A stretch of DNA of 64,000 nt from a virus (IMGVR_UViG_3300028914_000001:29489-93488), one strand, 5' to 3'; positions 7,931 to 17,556 are shown, counted from the stretch's first letter. Notes: a model not told the origin generated them from the sequence alone. Numbers and translations: made by a program.

Positions 7931-8521
7931 TTAATCAGATTCAGTTAAGCCTGTAACGATGGTCTTGGATTCTTCTTTTTTGGCGAAATAGGCCGCTTTC
8001 GCCTCATGGAGTCTCTTGGCAAAGTCGGGGAAGAGTTCCTTGTAGAGTTCTACATTGTCCTTATCCTTGGCTTCGACAAGTTCTTCGAGGATAGGTGGCA
8101 TGAAGCTTTTTCCGCCGCCGAAGACGATGGGCTTGTCGGTAAAGCCGTTCTTGTCTTCCCAGCATACGAGGTCTTCGCACCATGTCTTGAACTGGATGAA
8201 CTCTGGGTCCTTTCTCAGTTCTTCCCTGGACCTGGGTTCCTTCTTTTCGTGCAAGTCCTTGCGGGCCATCTCCAGGAGGAAGTCGTCGCACATCTGATTG
8301 ATGCGTTCCTCGGTCAGGTCGGCGAGGTATCCCACGATGACATTGACATAGGGTTCATGGACATAGGGGGTAAGCGAGACGACGATATGGGTCTTTGCGT
8401 ACTTGGTCAATTTTCTGTCCAAATCTTCTTTATAGCAGGCTCTTTCAGTGATGGTTTCGAACCGTTGCTCATAACGGTGGCCTTGAATCATCTGTGAGTT
8501 GATAAATGTGTTTTCTGCCAT
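7931..8521 (-). CDS. hypothetical protein (196 aa)
   Basis: AAAGGAACTAACCC RBS, first gene after the promoter at 8552-8580. Confidence 0.6.
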   Translation of the reverse strand: MAENTFINSQMIQGHRYEQRFETITERACYKEDLDRKLTKYAKTHIVVSLTPYVHEPYVNVIVGYLADLTEERINQMCDDFLLEMARKDLHEKKEPRSREELRKDPEFIQFKTWCEDLVCWEDKNGFTDKPIVFGGGKSFMPPILEELVEAKDKDNVELYKELFPDFAKRLHEAKAAYFAKKEESKTIVTGLTESD

Positions 8522-8551
8522 GGGTTAGTTCCTTTTGTGTTTGACATGGAT

Positions 8552-8580
8552 AATATACATAAATAAATCCCCTCTGTCAA
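8552..8580 (-). promoter_or_regulatory. sigma70-type promoter; the -35 forms the loop of the hairpin CCCCTC-TTGACA-GAGGGG
   Basis: TTGACA-N17-TATATT on the minus strand; stem at 8568-8587 followed by a U-rich tract. Confidence 0.6.
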
Positions 8581-8610
8581 GAGGGGGTTGGAAATTTTTT
8601 TGTATCGGGC

Positions 8611-8814
8611 CTATAAGATACCCCGTTTTTCCACCGTTTTGGCATCCAAGGAGAAAGTGGCACCGCAAACGGAGCAACGCTTGATATAGACGAGTTTTCC
8701 TGTTAGAGGGTCCCTTCGTGGTTCCACGTCGCCCGCCAAGTTGGAAATGACGGGCTTGACGGAATCTTCCCCGTTGCACAGGGGGCATCGTGACCAGGTG
8801 TGCGTAAGTGTCAT
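8611..8814 (-). CDS. zinc-ribbon protein (67 aa)
   Basis: CPLC...CSVC pair; GGAGAT RBS. Confidence 0.5.
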   Translation of the reverse strand: MTLTHTWSRCPLCNGEDSVKPVISNLAGDVEPRRDPLTGKLVYIKRCSVCGATFSLDAKTVEKRGIL

Positions 8815-8815
8815 T

Positions 8816-9001
8816 TCATCTCCTGTATCTTTCCTTGTATATCAAATCCAGCAGGGTCCAGAAGGAAGCGGTATTGACGATGACGAAGATGACGAGGCCG
8901 ACTATATGGAGAACGGAGAGTTCTGCCGTATATAGGAGGTAGATTCCTAGTACTACGGCGACCATATTGATGAAGCAGATGTAGTCTTTATTGTGGTTCA
9001 T
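8816..9001 (-). CDS. small membrane protein (61 aa, 2 TM)
   Basis: GGAG RBS; two hydrophobic helices. Confidence 0.5.
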   Translation of the reverse strand: MNHNKDYICFINMVAVVLGIYLLYTAELSVLHIVGLVIFVIVNTASFWTLLDLIYKERYRR

Positions 9002-9016
9002 GCGGCTACTCCGTGG

Positions 9017-9589
9017 TTAGAACGGGTCGTGCATCTTCTTTTCCATAGTCCAGTAGTACTTGTGGATTGCGTTAATGAACATGGTTTCAATCAACGACCA
9101 TATCCTTTCGTTCGTGTCCTTGGAATGTCCGTAGTGTTGGAATCCTTTACGGAGGTTGCCAAGCATTATGTCGGCTGCCTTCTTTCCGTTGATATACGTA
9201 CGAATCACGTAACAGGCATGTACGCATGCCTCCTCGGGATGTGTCATATCGTCGAGCCACCTGGTAATGTGCTTTCGGTCTGTAACTCGGTTGAACCCCA
9301 TGAAGCCAGGGAAGCAGTGCCTGTGGGACTGGTACAGGAAGCGGCATAGGCTGTTGACCAGCTCCACGGGTATCATCTGCCCGTTGGATACATAGGAGAA
9401 CATCTTCTCGGTGAAACGACGTTTTTCCTCATCGTAGCATTTCCTGACCTCACGGTTGTTATTTATCTCGTCTTCGAGCGTTGCTGCTTCGCTCTTATCG
9501 AGGGTATCACGAATCTTAGCCAACTCGGCCTGACATCCGTCGTGGTTCAGTGTTCGGATATACCTTGTTATCTCGGTTACTTTCTGCAT
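9017..9589 (-). CDS. hypothetical protein (190 aa)
   Basis: Track ORF with an ATG start. Confidence 0.55.
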   Translation of the reverse strand: MQKVTEITRYIRTLNHDGCQAELAKIRDTLDKSEAATLEDEINNNREVRKCYDEEKRRFTEKMFSYVSNGQMIPVELVNSLCRFLYQSHRHCFPGFMGFNRVTDRKHITRWLDDMTHPEEACVHACYVIRTYINGKKAADIMLGNLRKGFQHYGHSKDTNERIWSLIETMFINAIHKYYWTMEKKMHDPF

Positions 9590-9609
9590 GATGTTCCAAT
9601 TAGATTTAG

Positions 9610-9798
9610 TTAGGAAATTACTAGATAATACGGGCCGACCCTATTGTGGCATACAACTTTTTGTTCAGAGTCAACATCGAAAATCGGTTCGAAATCTGGG
9701 TATAGCCAACCCTCTTCCCTGACTGGTTTCATACATTCCATGTCGCCGTGTTTCTCGATTTCGGCTTGTATCAGTTCTATCAATTCGGATGCTTTCAT
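9610..9798 (-). CDS. hypothetical protein (62 aa)
   Basis: AGGAGC RBS. Confidence 0.5.
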   Translation of the reverse strand: MKASELIELIQAEIEKHGDMECMKPVREEGWLYPDFEPIFDVDSEQKVVCHNRVGPYYLVIS

Positions 9799-9874
9799 CA
9801 GTTCGCTCCTATGACCTCTTTACCATAATATAGGTAATTAAAGGCGTGTTGTAAAGGGAAGTTGTGTAAAATTT

Positions 9875-10144
9875 CTATTTTTTCTTTTCTGCGTAAATCA
9901 TCATGCCGAAGCCGTCGCTTACTTCGTCGAGGTAGACATCGTCTTTTAGGTACTCGCTGATGCGACCGAAGAACATGAGGTCAGTTGGGGTGTTCTTGCA
10001 CCTGACGTAGCTTGAACATGCCCCTGCGCTTCTCTGCCAGTGGTTGGCGTGGGTGGTCTTCCAAGTTGGAATATCCACCTCGTAGCCGAGTTCTTTCTTG
10101 ATGCGTTCGGCGAGTTTTTCACGGAGGGTCTTGCGTTTAGGCAT
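9875..10144 (-). CDS. hypothetical basic protein (89 aa)
   Basis: AGGAGAACAACC RBS followed by ATG (MPKRK...). Confidence 0.5.
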   Translation of the reverse strand: MPKRKTLREKLAERIKKELGYEVDIPTWKTTHANHWQRSAGACSSYVRCKNTPTDLMFFGRISEYLKDDVYLDEVSDGFGMMIYAEKKK

Positions 10145-10154
10145 GGTTGTTCTC

Positions 10155-10379
10155 CTAGCAATAGTCCAGTGTCCAAATCCAGTCGGCTGTTGCGGATATC
10201 CAATTAGATTCATTTATGTATTCATCCCTCTTGGGGAATTCCTCGTCGATGGCGTACTCGTTGTTGGAAATCATTTCCTCGGCTTCGTCATCGGTGAGGT
10301 AGCCGGGGCCGTCGTCGAGGGGGAGGAGCTGGGAGGTGAGGTTCTCCTTCACCTTTTTCCTGAATGTCGCTTTATCCAT
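10155..10379 (-). CDS. hypothetical acidic protein (74 aa)
   Basis: AAAGGATG RBS. Confidence 0.5.
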   Translation of the reverse strand: MDKATFRKKVKENLTSQLLPLDDGPGYLTDDEAEEMISNNEYAIDEEFPKRDEYINESNWISATADWIWTLDYC

Positions 10380-10389
10380 AGGGCATCCT

Positions 10390-10911
10390 TTAACCGAGGA
10401 GGATTTTCGTAAGGGCTTCGGTGAACTTCTTGTCGAGCTCTACTATGGCATCCGTCACGGTAAGCACAAGGTTCATCCTTGCACGGCAGACGCTGTTCAG
10501 GTCGTACGGGCTATTGTATCTACCGTCGGAATAGCGTTCGTATTGCTCGGCCTTGCAACGGAACGAGTCGGAGCCAGCGGCGAGCTTGTCGAGTGACTTT
10601 AATGTGGTCTTGATTGCTGCGACCTTCCTTATTTCCGTCGTGGTGACTAAGCCACTCTTGGCGAGGTCGATTAGTCTGTTCATGAAGTACAGCTTGATGT
10701 CACTCATGTCCTGCAGGTATGCGTTCTGCGCCTTCACGCCGATTTCCGCATCGAGGACCTCGAAGTCTTTCTCAGTCCATGTCTCGTCGAACTTAACCTG
10801 TCCGCACAGGGTTTCGAACTCGTATGCCTCATTCGGTGTCATCTTCTTGAGTTCAGGGTTCGTACGGAGGTATTTTTCGAGAAATTCACGGGTGTTCTTA
10901 AAGTAATCCAT
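10390..10911 (-). CDS. hypothetical protein (173 aa)
   Basis: TAAGGAAACC RBS. Confidence 0.6.
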   Translation of the reverse strand: MDYFKNTREFLEKYLRTNPELKKMTPNEAYEFETLCGQVKFDETWTEKDFEVLDAEIGVKAQNAYLQDMSDIKLYFMNRLIDLAKSGLVTTTEIRKVAAIKTTLKSLDKLAAGSDSFRCKAEQYERYSDGRYNSPYDLNSVCRARMNLVLTVTDAIVELDKKFTEALTKILLG

Positions 10912-10921
10912 TTTGGTTTCC

Positions 10922-11500
10922 TTATAGTTTCAATTTGCCTCTGATTGCCTCGCACCATTCCTTGCGAAGAACCTGGAGGAGGGTCTTCTGCATCTCTATG
11001 GTATCGGGGTCGTCGGCACAGAGGTATGTCGTTCCAGACCTGTCCTGGATGAAGATGCAGTCTTCAGCCTGCTTGATTGTGCTTTTCAGCAGAGTAGTCT
11101 TCCAAGCGTCGTCGAGAACGAGTGTCTTCTCGGTTTCCTTGGCTATTTTTCGAACAAAGTCGCTTCCTTCGGTTACGACGGTTTTCCAACCGAGGGTAGG
11201 GTAGTCAACCTTGGGCTTGAACACAGGCTGTTTCTTTTTGTAATAATCATGGAAGCAGCCCTTGTAGTTCTTCCTGCGGACACAATAGCGGTGGCAGTCC
11301 CACCTGTTGCCGTGAGTGTTTTCGCATCCCATGGCCTTGCATTCGTCGAAGGTATGCTTCGGGACGAAAGCGTAGGCTTCCTCTTTGAGTTCGTCTATCT
11401 GGGCAACCAGCTCGTCGATACGCTTGCTAATTGATTTCAGTTTAGCCCAGGTCTCGTCCGAGATGGGTTCCATCTGTGGCGGTTGCGGTTTCTTATCCAT
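10922..11500 (-). CDS. hypothetical protein, Cys/His-rich central region (192 aa)
   Basis: Track ORF with an ATG start. Confidence 0.55.
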   Translation of the reverse strand: MDKKPQPPQMEPISDETWAKLKSISKRIDELVAQIDELKEEAYAFVPKHTFDECKAMGCENTHGNRWDCHRYCVRRKNYKGCFHDYYKKKQPVFKPKVDYPTLGWKTVVTEGSDFVRKIAKETEKTLVLDDAWKTTLLKSTIKQAEDCIFIQDRSGTTYLCADDPDTIEMQKTLLQVLRKEWCEAIRGKLKL

Positions 11501-11517
11501 GGGGGGAAATCCTATTG

Positions 11518-11976
11518 CTACATGATTTTCATGCGTTCTTCGATTGAACCTTCGTCATTGTCGAAGGCTGACTTTTCGAGGAGGCCCACCAGATACTTTC
11601 GCTTGGCTTCTTCGTCCTTGCTGTCCCATGCGAGGTGGCGGAACAGGTCTTCGAGCTTGTAGAAGCGGAAATACTTCTTCCATTCCTCCGGGTTCTTGTC
11701 CTTGCTGTACACCTTCTTGATGTTGAAGAGGTTGAGGTAGAGTCGCTTGATAGCCTTTTCCACTTCACGGTGGATTTCGAGCTGCATGCAGTAGGAGTAG
11801 CCCTTCATGAAGCAGTCAATGGCGAGGTCTTTGTCCGCATCATTGACGCCTGCGATGTCGGCAAGGTCCTTAGCCTGTTCTTCGACATAGTTGAACACTT
11901 CTTCTGCTTCCTTCTTGGTCTTTGCGATGGGGAAGAGCCATTTGAGGTCGTTGTGGGTCTTTGTAAACTTTCTCAT
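11518..11976 (-). CDS. hypothetical protein (152 aa)
   Basis: AAAGGATAATCCC RBS. Confidence 0.6.
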   Translation of the reverse strand: MRKFTKTHNDLKWLFPIAKTKKEAEEVFNYVEEQAKDLADIAGVNDADKDLAIDCFMKGYSYCMQLEIHREVEKAIKRLYLNLFNIKKVYSKDKNPEEWKKYFRFYKLEDLFRHLAWDSKDEEAKRKYLVGLLEKSAFDNDEGSIEERMKIM

Positions 11977-11980
11977 GGGA

Positions 11981-12325
11981 TTATCCTTTCTTTTCGAAAC
12001 AAGTTTTGATATACGCTTCCCTCATGATTCTGAGGATGGGGTTGTCTTCAATCTGGCATTCGGCTTCAATCTTTTCGAGACGGCTCCTGAGGTAAGCCTC
12101 CTTTACCGCATCGTCGATGATGATACGCTTCCATGTGCCCGTGAGGTTGAGTCTTCTGTCGCCAACTTCGAGTACCCTTCTGTAGTCGTTGAACATAAGG
12201 GGCTGTCCGCATTCTACGCAGAACTTGTCTCTACTGTAAACGGTCTTTCCGCATACGGGGCAGCAGCAGCTAATCCACGGGGAACCGTTCTGAACATATA
12301 CATGGGCTTCTTTTGGGTTTGCCAT
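11981..12325 (-). CDS. zinc-ribbon protein (114 aa)
   Basis: CCCPVCGK...CVECGQ; first gene after the promoter at 12360-12388. Confidence 0.55.
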   Translation of the reverse strand: MANPKEAHVYVQNGSPWISCCCPVCGKTVYSRDKFCVECGQPLMFNDYRRVLEVGDRRLNLTGTWKRIIIDDAVKEAYLRSRLEKIEAECQIEDNPILRIMREAYIKTCFEKKG

Positions 12326-12350
12326 TGGTTGAATCCTTTCTTGATTGGTT

Positions 12351-12390
12351 ACAAAAAACAATATAGCTAATTAAAGCTATATTGTCAAGG
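12351..12390. repeat. 38-bp duplicated promoter element containing the palindrome ATATAGCTAATTAAAGCTATAT (copy 1)
   Basis: Near-identical to 18431-18470. Confidence 0.8.
12360..12388 (-). promoter_or_regulatory. sigma70-type promoter with a palindromic, operator-like spacer
   Basis: TTGACA-N17-TATATT on the minus strand. Confidence 0.6.
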
Positions 12391-12413
12391 ATTATTTTGA
12401 TTTTTTTGATATT

Positions 12414-13130
12414 TTATGTCTCGAAGAACATGTCGAGGTGTTCCTTGATGTAGTTGAACCGTTGCATCGTGTAGTCCTTTTCAGGGGGTATGCCGAACCT
12501 CTTGAGCATATCGAGATGGTCCTGAATTTCCGCCTTGCTCTCATCGGGCCTGTACAGCATGTTGAAGGCACCGTTGCCATGGTAGAGCATCCAGTTGATG
12601 TTCTCGATTGCCTCGGTATTCTTCCACCTTACGCTGAAGTTGGCACAGTGACCCTGCACGGATGCGACGATGCCTACAAGGTTGCTCGTACTGAACTTGC
12701 AGTAGTAAGGCTTGTCTCCGCTTTCGAAAAGGAATCCGTTTTCGCCCCATCCGTCGTTGAACTGGCCGTCGATTTCGTCTTCCAGCTTGTAGAGGACTTC
12801 CTTGGTCTTCTCGGTGTCGCTGAGGATGCGGGAGTCGATGTAGACACCCATACAGAGGACGATGCCGTGGTCCTTGTCGAAGGATATGAAGTGGCCTCCC
12901 GCCTTGGTTCCTTCGGGGAACTGGTCGTCGCACAGGGGGTATGTCTTGCCCATGAATGAGGACTGGAAGGCTGAGAGCAGGTCTGGGAGCAGCTGCTTCT
13001 TTTCCTGTTCGCTGAGTTCGGTTTCATCGCCGTTCTCGTCGTTCCCGGTGAGTTCGATGCGGTAGAAGAGCTGGATGTTGTTGCTGTAATCGCAGTAGAA
13101 TGGTTTTCCTGTATGTTCGTTCTTAGACAT
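12414..13130 (-). CDS. hypothetical protein, DGWGENGF-motif family (paralog of 5072-5692)
   Basis: Conserved DGWGENGF block; ATG at track residue 22 (MSKNEH...). Confidence 0.6.
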   Translation of the reverse strand: MSKNEHTGKPFYCDYSNNIQLFYRIELTGNDENGDETELSEQEKKQLLPDLLSAFQSSFMGKTYPLCDDQFPEGTKAGGHFISFDKDHGIVLCMGVYIDSRILSDTEKTKEVLYKLEDEIDGQFNDGWGENGFLFESGDKPYYCKFSTSNLVGIVASVQGHCANFSVRWKNTEAIENINWMLYHGNGAFNMLYRPDESKAEIQDHLDMLKRFGIPPEKDYTMQRFNYIKEHLDMFFET

Positions 13131-13686
13131 TGTCTTTACCCTTGTTAGCCTTTGGAAGATAAATTCCCGCAACTTTCCTGTTGTATGGCTCAACCCCGTT
13201 GCGCCTACGGTAGCTTTGCTTCATCTTGTCGAGCCACGCTTCTGCTTCCTGTCTGCTCATGGACTTGAGGTCACCTCTCTTGATAAGGTCGGCAACTACC
13301 TGGGGACAACCAGCGACCTGTGTGAAGGTAAACTGTGTTGCAATTTCACGGGCGCCTCGGGTACCTTTGTCCTTGTCGTACCAAATCATCAGGCATACGC
13401 CGTTCATGTAGAGATATTCGTGAGTACGGTTTTCACACGAGGGGTCGAACCCACGGTAGAACAGGGTGTAACAAATCTGGTACGAATTCTCTTTCGTGAG
13501 AAGCATGAACTCGTTCTTGTGGGCAAGGTTAACTAGCGTCTTGCATGCGGCAAGCCTTGCCTTGAGAGCGGCGATTTCCTTTCGGGCGCCGTCAATATTA
13601 TATGATAAATTCCCGATGGTCTTTTCCATCTCGCCAGGGATGCGCTTCTGGCCACGCTTTACATATTTGAAATCGTATTCACTCAT
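13123..13686 (-). CDS. hypothetical protein (187 aa)
   Basis: GGAAGATTAACC RBS followed by ATG. Confidence 0.55.
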   Translation of the reverse strand: MSEYDFKYVKRGQKRIPGEMEKTIGNLSYNIDGARKEIAALKARLAACKTLVNLAHKNEFMLLTKENSYQICYTLFYRGFDPSCENRTHEYLYMNGVCLMIWYDKDKGTRGAREIATQFTFTQVAGCPQVVADLIKRGDLKSMSRQEAEAWLDKMKQSYRRRNGVEPYNRKVAGIYLPKANKGKDNV

Positions 13687-13688
13687 GG

Positions 13689-13892
13689 TTAATCTTCCTT
13701 GATATGGAGTTTCGACCAATCATCCCATCGGTCTGCACCTACTTCACGGACGAGACATCCGTCGCATTCATTGTCGGGCTTGCGGAAACGAATCCCGTTT
13801 TGACAAACATACTGGGTCTTTGTTTCACGCACTACCGTGTAAACGCTCTCTCCGCCTTTAACGAACGGATTTCTTTTAACAATAGTCTTCAT
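13689..13892 (-). CDS. small hypothetical protein (67 aa)
   Basis: TAAGGAC RBS. Confidence 0.5.
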   Translation of the reverse strand: MKTIVKRNPFVKGGESVYTVVRETKTQYVCQNGIRFRKPDNECDGCLVREVGADRWDDWSKLHIKED

Positions 13893-13894
13893 GG

Positions 13895-14488
13895 TTAGTC
13901 CTTATAAAGCTGGTACTTCTTGCTGAGCTTATGGCTCTGTTCGTCGGGGAGGGGCTTGAACCAGATTCCGACACGGCAGAACTTCTTGCCCGTTTCCGGG
14001 TCTTCGGAGTCCGGGGTCAATTCGGTGAGGCAGGCATCGTCGATGAAGTCGTAGTCGACGCCCTTAACCAGACCGAGTTCCTTGGCGGTTTCCTCGACCT
14101 TCATTAAGTGGTTGAGGTTCCTGGCTTCACAGATGGTCTTTGTGAAGATGCCCTTGACATAGTCCTCCCAGATATCCTTTGGGATGTTAACCGTAACTGA
14201 AATAGATTTGTCTGGATTCTCCCTAGGATAGGTAAACTCCTTCAGGCCAGCCTTGTGAGCTTCCTCAGCCTTCTCGAAGATTGCGGGATTCCGATACCTT
14301 ATCCAGTAGTCGGGGTCGCTCGGGATTTCCGTAGGCAGGGTCATGAACTCGTTGTCCGTGACGCCAAACAGGAGGGCGAAGTGCTTTATGAGGCTTGTCC
14401 AGTAGCCTTCGGCGCAATGGGCGACCATGGCGGCCAGCTTGCCTGGGGAGAGGTGCAAATCCTTTCTGATGATGAACAGTCTACGCAT
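13895..14488 (-). CDS. PTH2-family peptidyl-tRNA hydrolase-like protein with an internal insertion
   Basis: IRKDLHLSPGKLAAMVAHCA matches the PTH2 pattern RxDLxMxxGKxxAQxxHA; C-terminal ELGL...IDDA...TEL block. Confidence 0.5.
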   Translation of the reverse strand: MRRLFIIRKDLHLSPGKLAAMVAHCAEGYWTSLIKHFALLFGVTDNEFMTLPTEIPSDPDYWIRYRNPAIFEKAEEAHKAGLKEFTYPRENPDKSISVTVNIPKDIWEDYVKGIFTKTICEARNLNHLMKVEETAKELGLVKGVDYDFIDDACLTELTPDSEDPETGKKFCRVGIWFKPLPDEQSHKLSKKYQLYKD

Positions 14489-14515
14489 TTTCAGTTTCCT
14501 TTGGTGTTAATTTAT

Positions 14516-15580
14516 TTAATGTCTCACTTCATAGATGGTTCCGTGGTATTTAACATTGAAATACCGCAAGAGGATTGCTTCGGTCTGGTGGTGGTCCAGA
14601 TATCCGCTTTCATCATACTTGTTTTTACCGAGGGCGGCTGCCCTATATTTATCGAACTCATCGTACTGCTTATAGACAACAAGGCTCCTGTTGGCTGGAA
14701 TCCATGCTGGTTTTGTCAGGTAGTGAGTAGGGTCGTCGGTCTTTTCCATGTTGTTCTCAATGAAATCGGAAAAGTCCTTCAGGTTCATGTCGATACGGCT
14801 GATGAAAGTAAGGTAGTTGCAAACATAGAGTGCGATGTTGTTGAGAACCTCGTTTCCGCACGGAGTTATTTTGGACACGCTTTGGATACGCTGCTGTCTT
14901 ATCGGATATCGCTCACAGCAACTATACTGATATTTTTCCAGCTTTGGCTTCCATGCTTTCGGGAGATATATGGAGTCAAAGTTAACCATAATGCACCAGC
15001 TAGGACTCTTCCCCGCCTTCTCACTGGTCGTATTGAAATTGTCGTTTTCCTTGAAGTATTCCTGCCCTACACTGAATACAGTCTCCCATCCATTATCACC
15101 ACAAGGAGCAATACTGAGGCGACGCCGTTGTACCCTATATAAGGTTGACTTTTCCTTCACGATGCGGAAGTACGTCATAAAGACATCCCTCAGGCGCACA
15201 TCTTTACTGTCAATCAATTCCCTAGGAGGTTGGCCCATTGCTGTTCTAATCTGGTCTTCAATAGTTGGTGAAACCCTTATGTCACGAGCACCGAGCAAGC
15301 CCTTGGAACCACCAGTAAGCGTCCAGTCTTTCTTGAAACCAACTTCAGGCAGGTCAATCCACATGCCCTTATTACGGAAATGTCTTTCGACCATTTTTTC
15401 AAGGCGCAGGAGAGCGTACATCAGGATTCTCGGACCGCTGTTCTGGAACAGTCGGGGAGCGACACGGAACTTTGTGATAACATCATGTTCATTAAACGGA
15501 ACCCATTTTCCGTCTGGCGTCATCATCTGGCACGGTTCGCCGTTTGCGGCATGTTTCTTGCATTCGTCAAGTGACAGCAT
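14516..15580 (-). CDS. hypothetical protein (354 aa)
   Basis: AAAAGGATAAAAT RBS; long ORF. Confidence 0.6.
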   Translation of the reverse strand: MLSLDECKKHAANGEPCQMMTPDGKWVPFNEHDVITKFRVAPRLFQNSGPRILMYALLRLEKMVERHFRNKGMWIDLPEVGFKKDWTLTGGSKGLLGARDIRVSPTIEDQIRTAMGQPPRELIDSKDVRLRDVFMTYFRIVKEKSTLYRVQRRRLSIAPCGDNGWETVFSVGQEYFKENDNFNTTSEKAGKSPSWCIMVNFDSIYLPKAWKPKLEKYQYSCCERYPIRQQRIQSVSKITPCGNEVLNNIALYVCNYLTFISRIDMNLKDFSDFIENNMEKTDDPTHYLTKPAWIPANRSLVVYKQYDEFDKYRAAALGKNKYDESGYLDHHQTEAILLRYFNVKYHGTIYEVRH

Positions 15581-15644
15581 ATTTTATCCTTTTAGTTGGA
15601 GCACAACTTTCAATATAGAAAATTAAATCGGTGTTGTCAAGGGG

Positions 15645-16025
15645 TTATCGAACTTCGTATCCTACACCCTTTGTTTCAAACAGGGGGATGCAGATGCTTT
15701 CGTAGTTATCCCAGTCAGGCAAGTCGGAGAAATCGACAATCCTTAACGAGAGTCGTTCCTTCATGTATTCGAAGATGTGGTCGAAGTTGTTAGGGGTTGC
15801 TGGCCACTGGCGGTCTTCAACCTTCTTCATGACATCGTTGAGGATAGTCAGCGATGCCCACAGACGGGCGATAGGTTCCTTCAACATTTCGAGGTCTTCG
15901 TCGTTCTTCGGGTAATCGTAGGAATAGAACATCGCCGTCAGTGCGTTGGCGACGGATTCCGCAAAGCTGGTGAAGTCGTTGTCGCCGATACGGATTACGA
16001 GATAAGGTGCATTTCCTGGTTTCAT
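15645..16025 (-). CDS. hypothetical protein (126 aa)
   Basis: Track ORF with an ATG start. Confidence 0.55.
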   Translation of the reverse strand: MKPGNAPYLVIRIGDNDFTSFAESVANALTAMFYSYDYPKNDEDLEMLKEPIARLWASLTILNDVMKKVEDRQWPATPNNFDHIFEYMKERLSLRIVDFSDLPDWDNYESICIPLFETKGVGYEVR

Positions 16026-16034
16026 AGGATACCC

Positions 16035-16445
16035 CTAGTTTGTTTCGGCATAGACTTCGTCTGGGTGCTTGCCGTACTCGTAAAATGGTTCAAACGAAAT
16101 GTTCTCTTCATTGATGGGTTTAGCCATTTCGGGCGGGATATAGTCCACATTGAAGATGTAGACCTTCGTCTTGCATTCGTAGAGCTGGTCGTCATGGGGG
16201 CCGACACCCCACATGAACCGAGTCATTCCTTCGGCCTGGAAGACGCAGCCAGGATGGTACTTCTGGTCCGGGTTCTTCACATGGACATGCCAGTTCGGGA
16301 GATTATCGTCGAGACTTGCCACATTGGATTTGGCACAGGCGATAAGATGGTTCAAGTCGGGGCTGAGGGACTGGTACAGCGTCACTGTGCCAATCCCTTT
16401 CTTGGTAAGGTTCTTTTCGTGGCTGATTCTTCTGAACAGATACAT
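16035..16445 (-). CDS. hypothetical protein (136 aa)
   Basis: AAAGGAGAAACAACC RBS; first gene after the promoter at 16477-16505. Confidence 0.55.
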   Translation of the reverse strand: MYLFRRISHEKNLTKKGIGTVTLYQSLSPDLNHLIACAKSNVASLDDNLPNWHVHVKNPDQKYHPGCVFQAEGMTRFMWGVGPHDDQLYECKTKVYIFNVDYIPPEMAKPINEENISFEPFYEYGKHPDEVYAETN

Positions 16446-16476
16446 GGTTGTTTCTCCTTTGATGGTTACATCAAAG

Positions 16477-16505
16477 AATATAGATAATTAAATATCAACT
16501 GTCAA
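16477..16505 (-). promoter_or_regulatory. sigma70-type promoter
   Basis: TTGACA-N17-TATATT with TTAATTA in the spacer. Confidence 0.6.
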
Positions 16506-16522
16506 GAGGATTCGCCAAAAAT

Positions 16523-16689
16523 TATTTTTTCTTTCGCCTCGGTTCAAGGAGCTTCACTTTGAACTGATTTCCACCTGGGTCGGCCACATCTTCCATCATA
16601 GCGTCCCGCAGCATGTTGAGCGCATCTTCGCTTGTGTGCCCATGGGCATCTATTTCTATGACTCGTGTATAACTTGCTCGATAAATCAT
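16523..16689 (-). CDS. small hypothetical protein (about 55 aa), not in the ORF track
   Basis: GGAG RBS; ATGA overlap with the stop of 16686-16949. Confidence 0.4.
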
Positions 16690-16949
16690 CTTGAACTCCT
16701 TATTTTTTCTATCCAGAATGTAGCCCCGCTGCCGTCATCGGCTATGACGAATCGGTTCAGCGAGAAGTTTGTATCCATGCACATTTCTTCGAGTGCAAAC
16801 CTGTTGTTGTCCGCTCGGGTATTACCCGTGTTCCTGAGATACGTATTGAACCTTTTGAGGGGAAACGAGAAATCTTTCAGTTCGTCGAAATCCGTTTCGG
16901 CTACGTCAAGTTCAATCTTACCTTTGGTGGTGACCTTAAAACAAATCAA
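16686..16949 (-). CDS. hypothetical protein (87 aa), probable TTG start
   Basis: Strong CCAAGGAGG RBS 7 nt before the TTG. Confidence 0.45.
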   Translation of the reverse strand: MICFKVTTKGKIELDVAETDFDELKDFSFPLKRFNTYLRNTGNTRADNNRFALEEMCMDTNFSLNRFVIADDGSGATFWIEKIRSSR

Positions 16950-16950
16950 G

Positions 16951-17241
16951 TTAGGCCTCCTTGGTTTCGCCCTTCATTTTACCCCAGTCACCGAACTCGA
17001 TTACATCCTTTACCGCCGAATCAATATCGGTCACAGGCTTTGTTGCAACCAGTTCATCATCTTCATTGTACCGTTCAAAACTTTGTTTTGTGTCATCGAA
17101 TACAAGAAGACCGTCTTCGCCATAGAAAACACATCTGGGCACGTCGTTGATTACGATGGTCTCTATTTCGATGTTAACTTCATCGGCAGCAAACTTAGGG
17201 TCATTCTTGACAGCGGATGCAAGTTCTTCTTTACTTACCAT
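16951..17241 (-). CDS. hypothetical protein (96 aa)
   Basis: AAAGGAAAGCGAACAAC followed by ATG (MVSKEEL...). Confidence 0.5.
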   Translation of the reverse strand: MVSKEELASAVKNDPKFAADEVNIEIETIVINDVPRCVFYGEDGLLVFDDTKQSFERYNEDDELVATKPVTDIDSAVKDVIEFGDWGKMKGETKEA

Positions 17242-17551
17242 GTTGTTCGCTTTCCTTTGACTTTTCGTCGCATGACTTGATGAATGCTTCAACAAATTCC
17301 TTGAATTGGGTCGGGTCGGTATTCCAGCCGTACTGGAACTGGGAAACCCATAAATGGTCCTTTGCTGTGTAGAACATGGCGTTGTGGAAGTACATTGTTC
17401 CGAACTTCACATCCTTCCATGACACAATCACGTTAGACCAGCCAGTAGAATGAGGCTCGTCCAGCGGGTCCAGCGGAACCGTCCTGTCCTCCTCGAAGTC
17501 CATCGTGAATCCACGAGATTCGAGGTATTTAAACATTTCAGTGTAGTTCAT
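17231..17551 (-). CDS. hypothetical protein (106 aa)
   Basis: AGGAACG RBS. Confidence 0.55.
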   Translation of the reverse strand: MNYTEMFKYLESRGFTMDFEEDRTVPLDPLDEPHSTGWSNVIVSWKDVKFGTMYFHNAMFYTAKDHLWVSQFQYGWNTDPTQFKEFVEAFIKSCDEKSKESEQHGK

Positions 17552-17556
17552 CGTTC

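Noticed and set aside
12541-13027. Arg-rich and Ser-rich ORFs antisense to or out of frame with 12414-13193
   Set aside because: Low-complexity translations of the opposite strand of a conserved paralog gene, with no start context.
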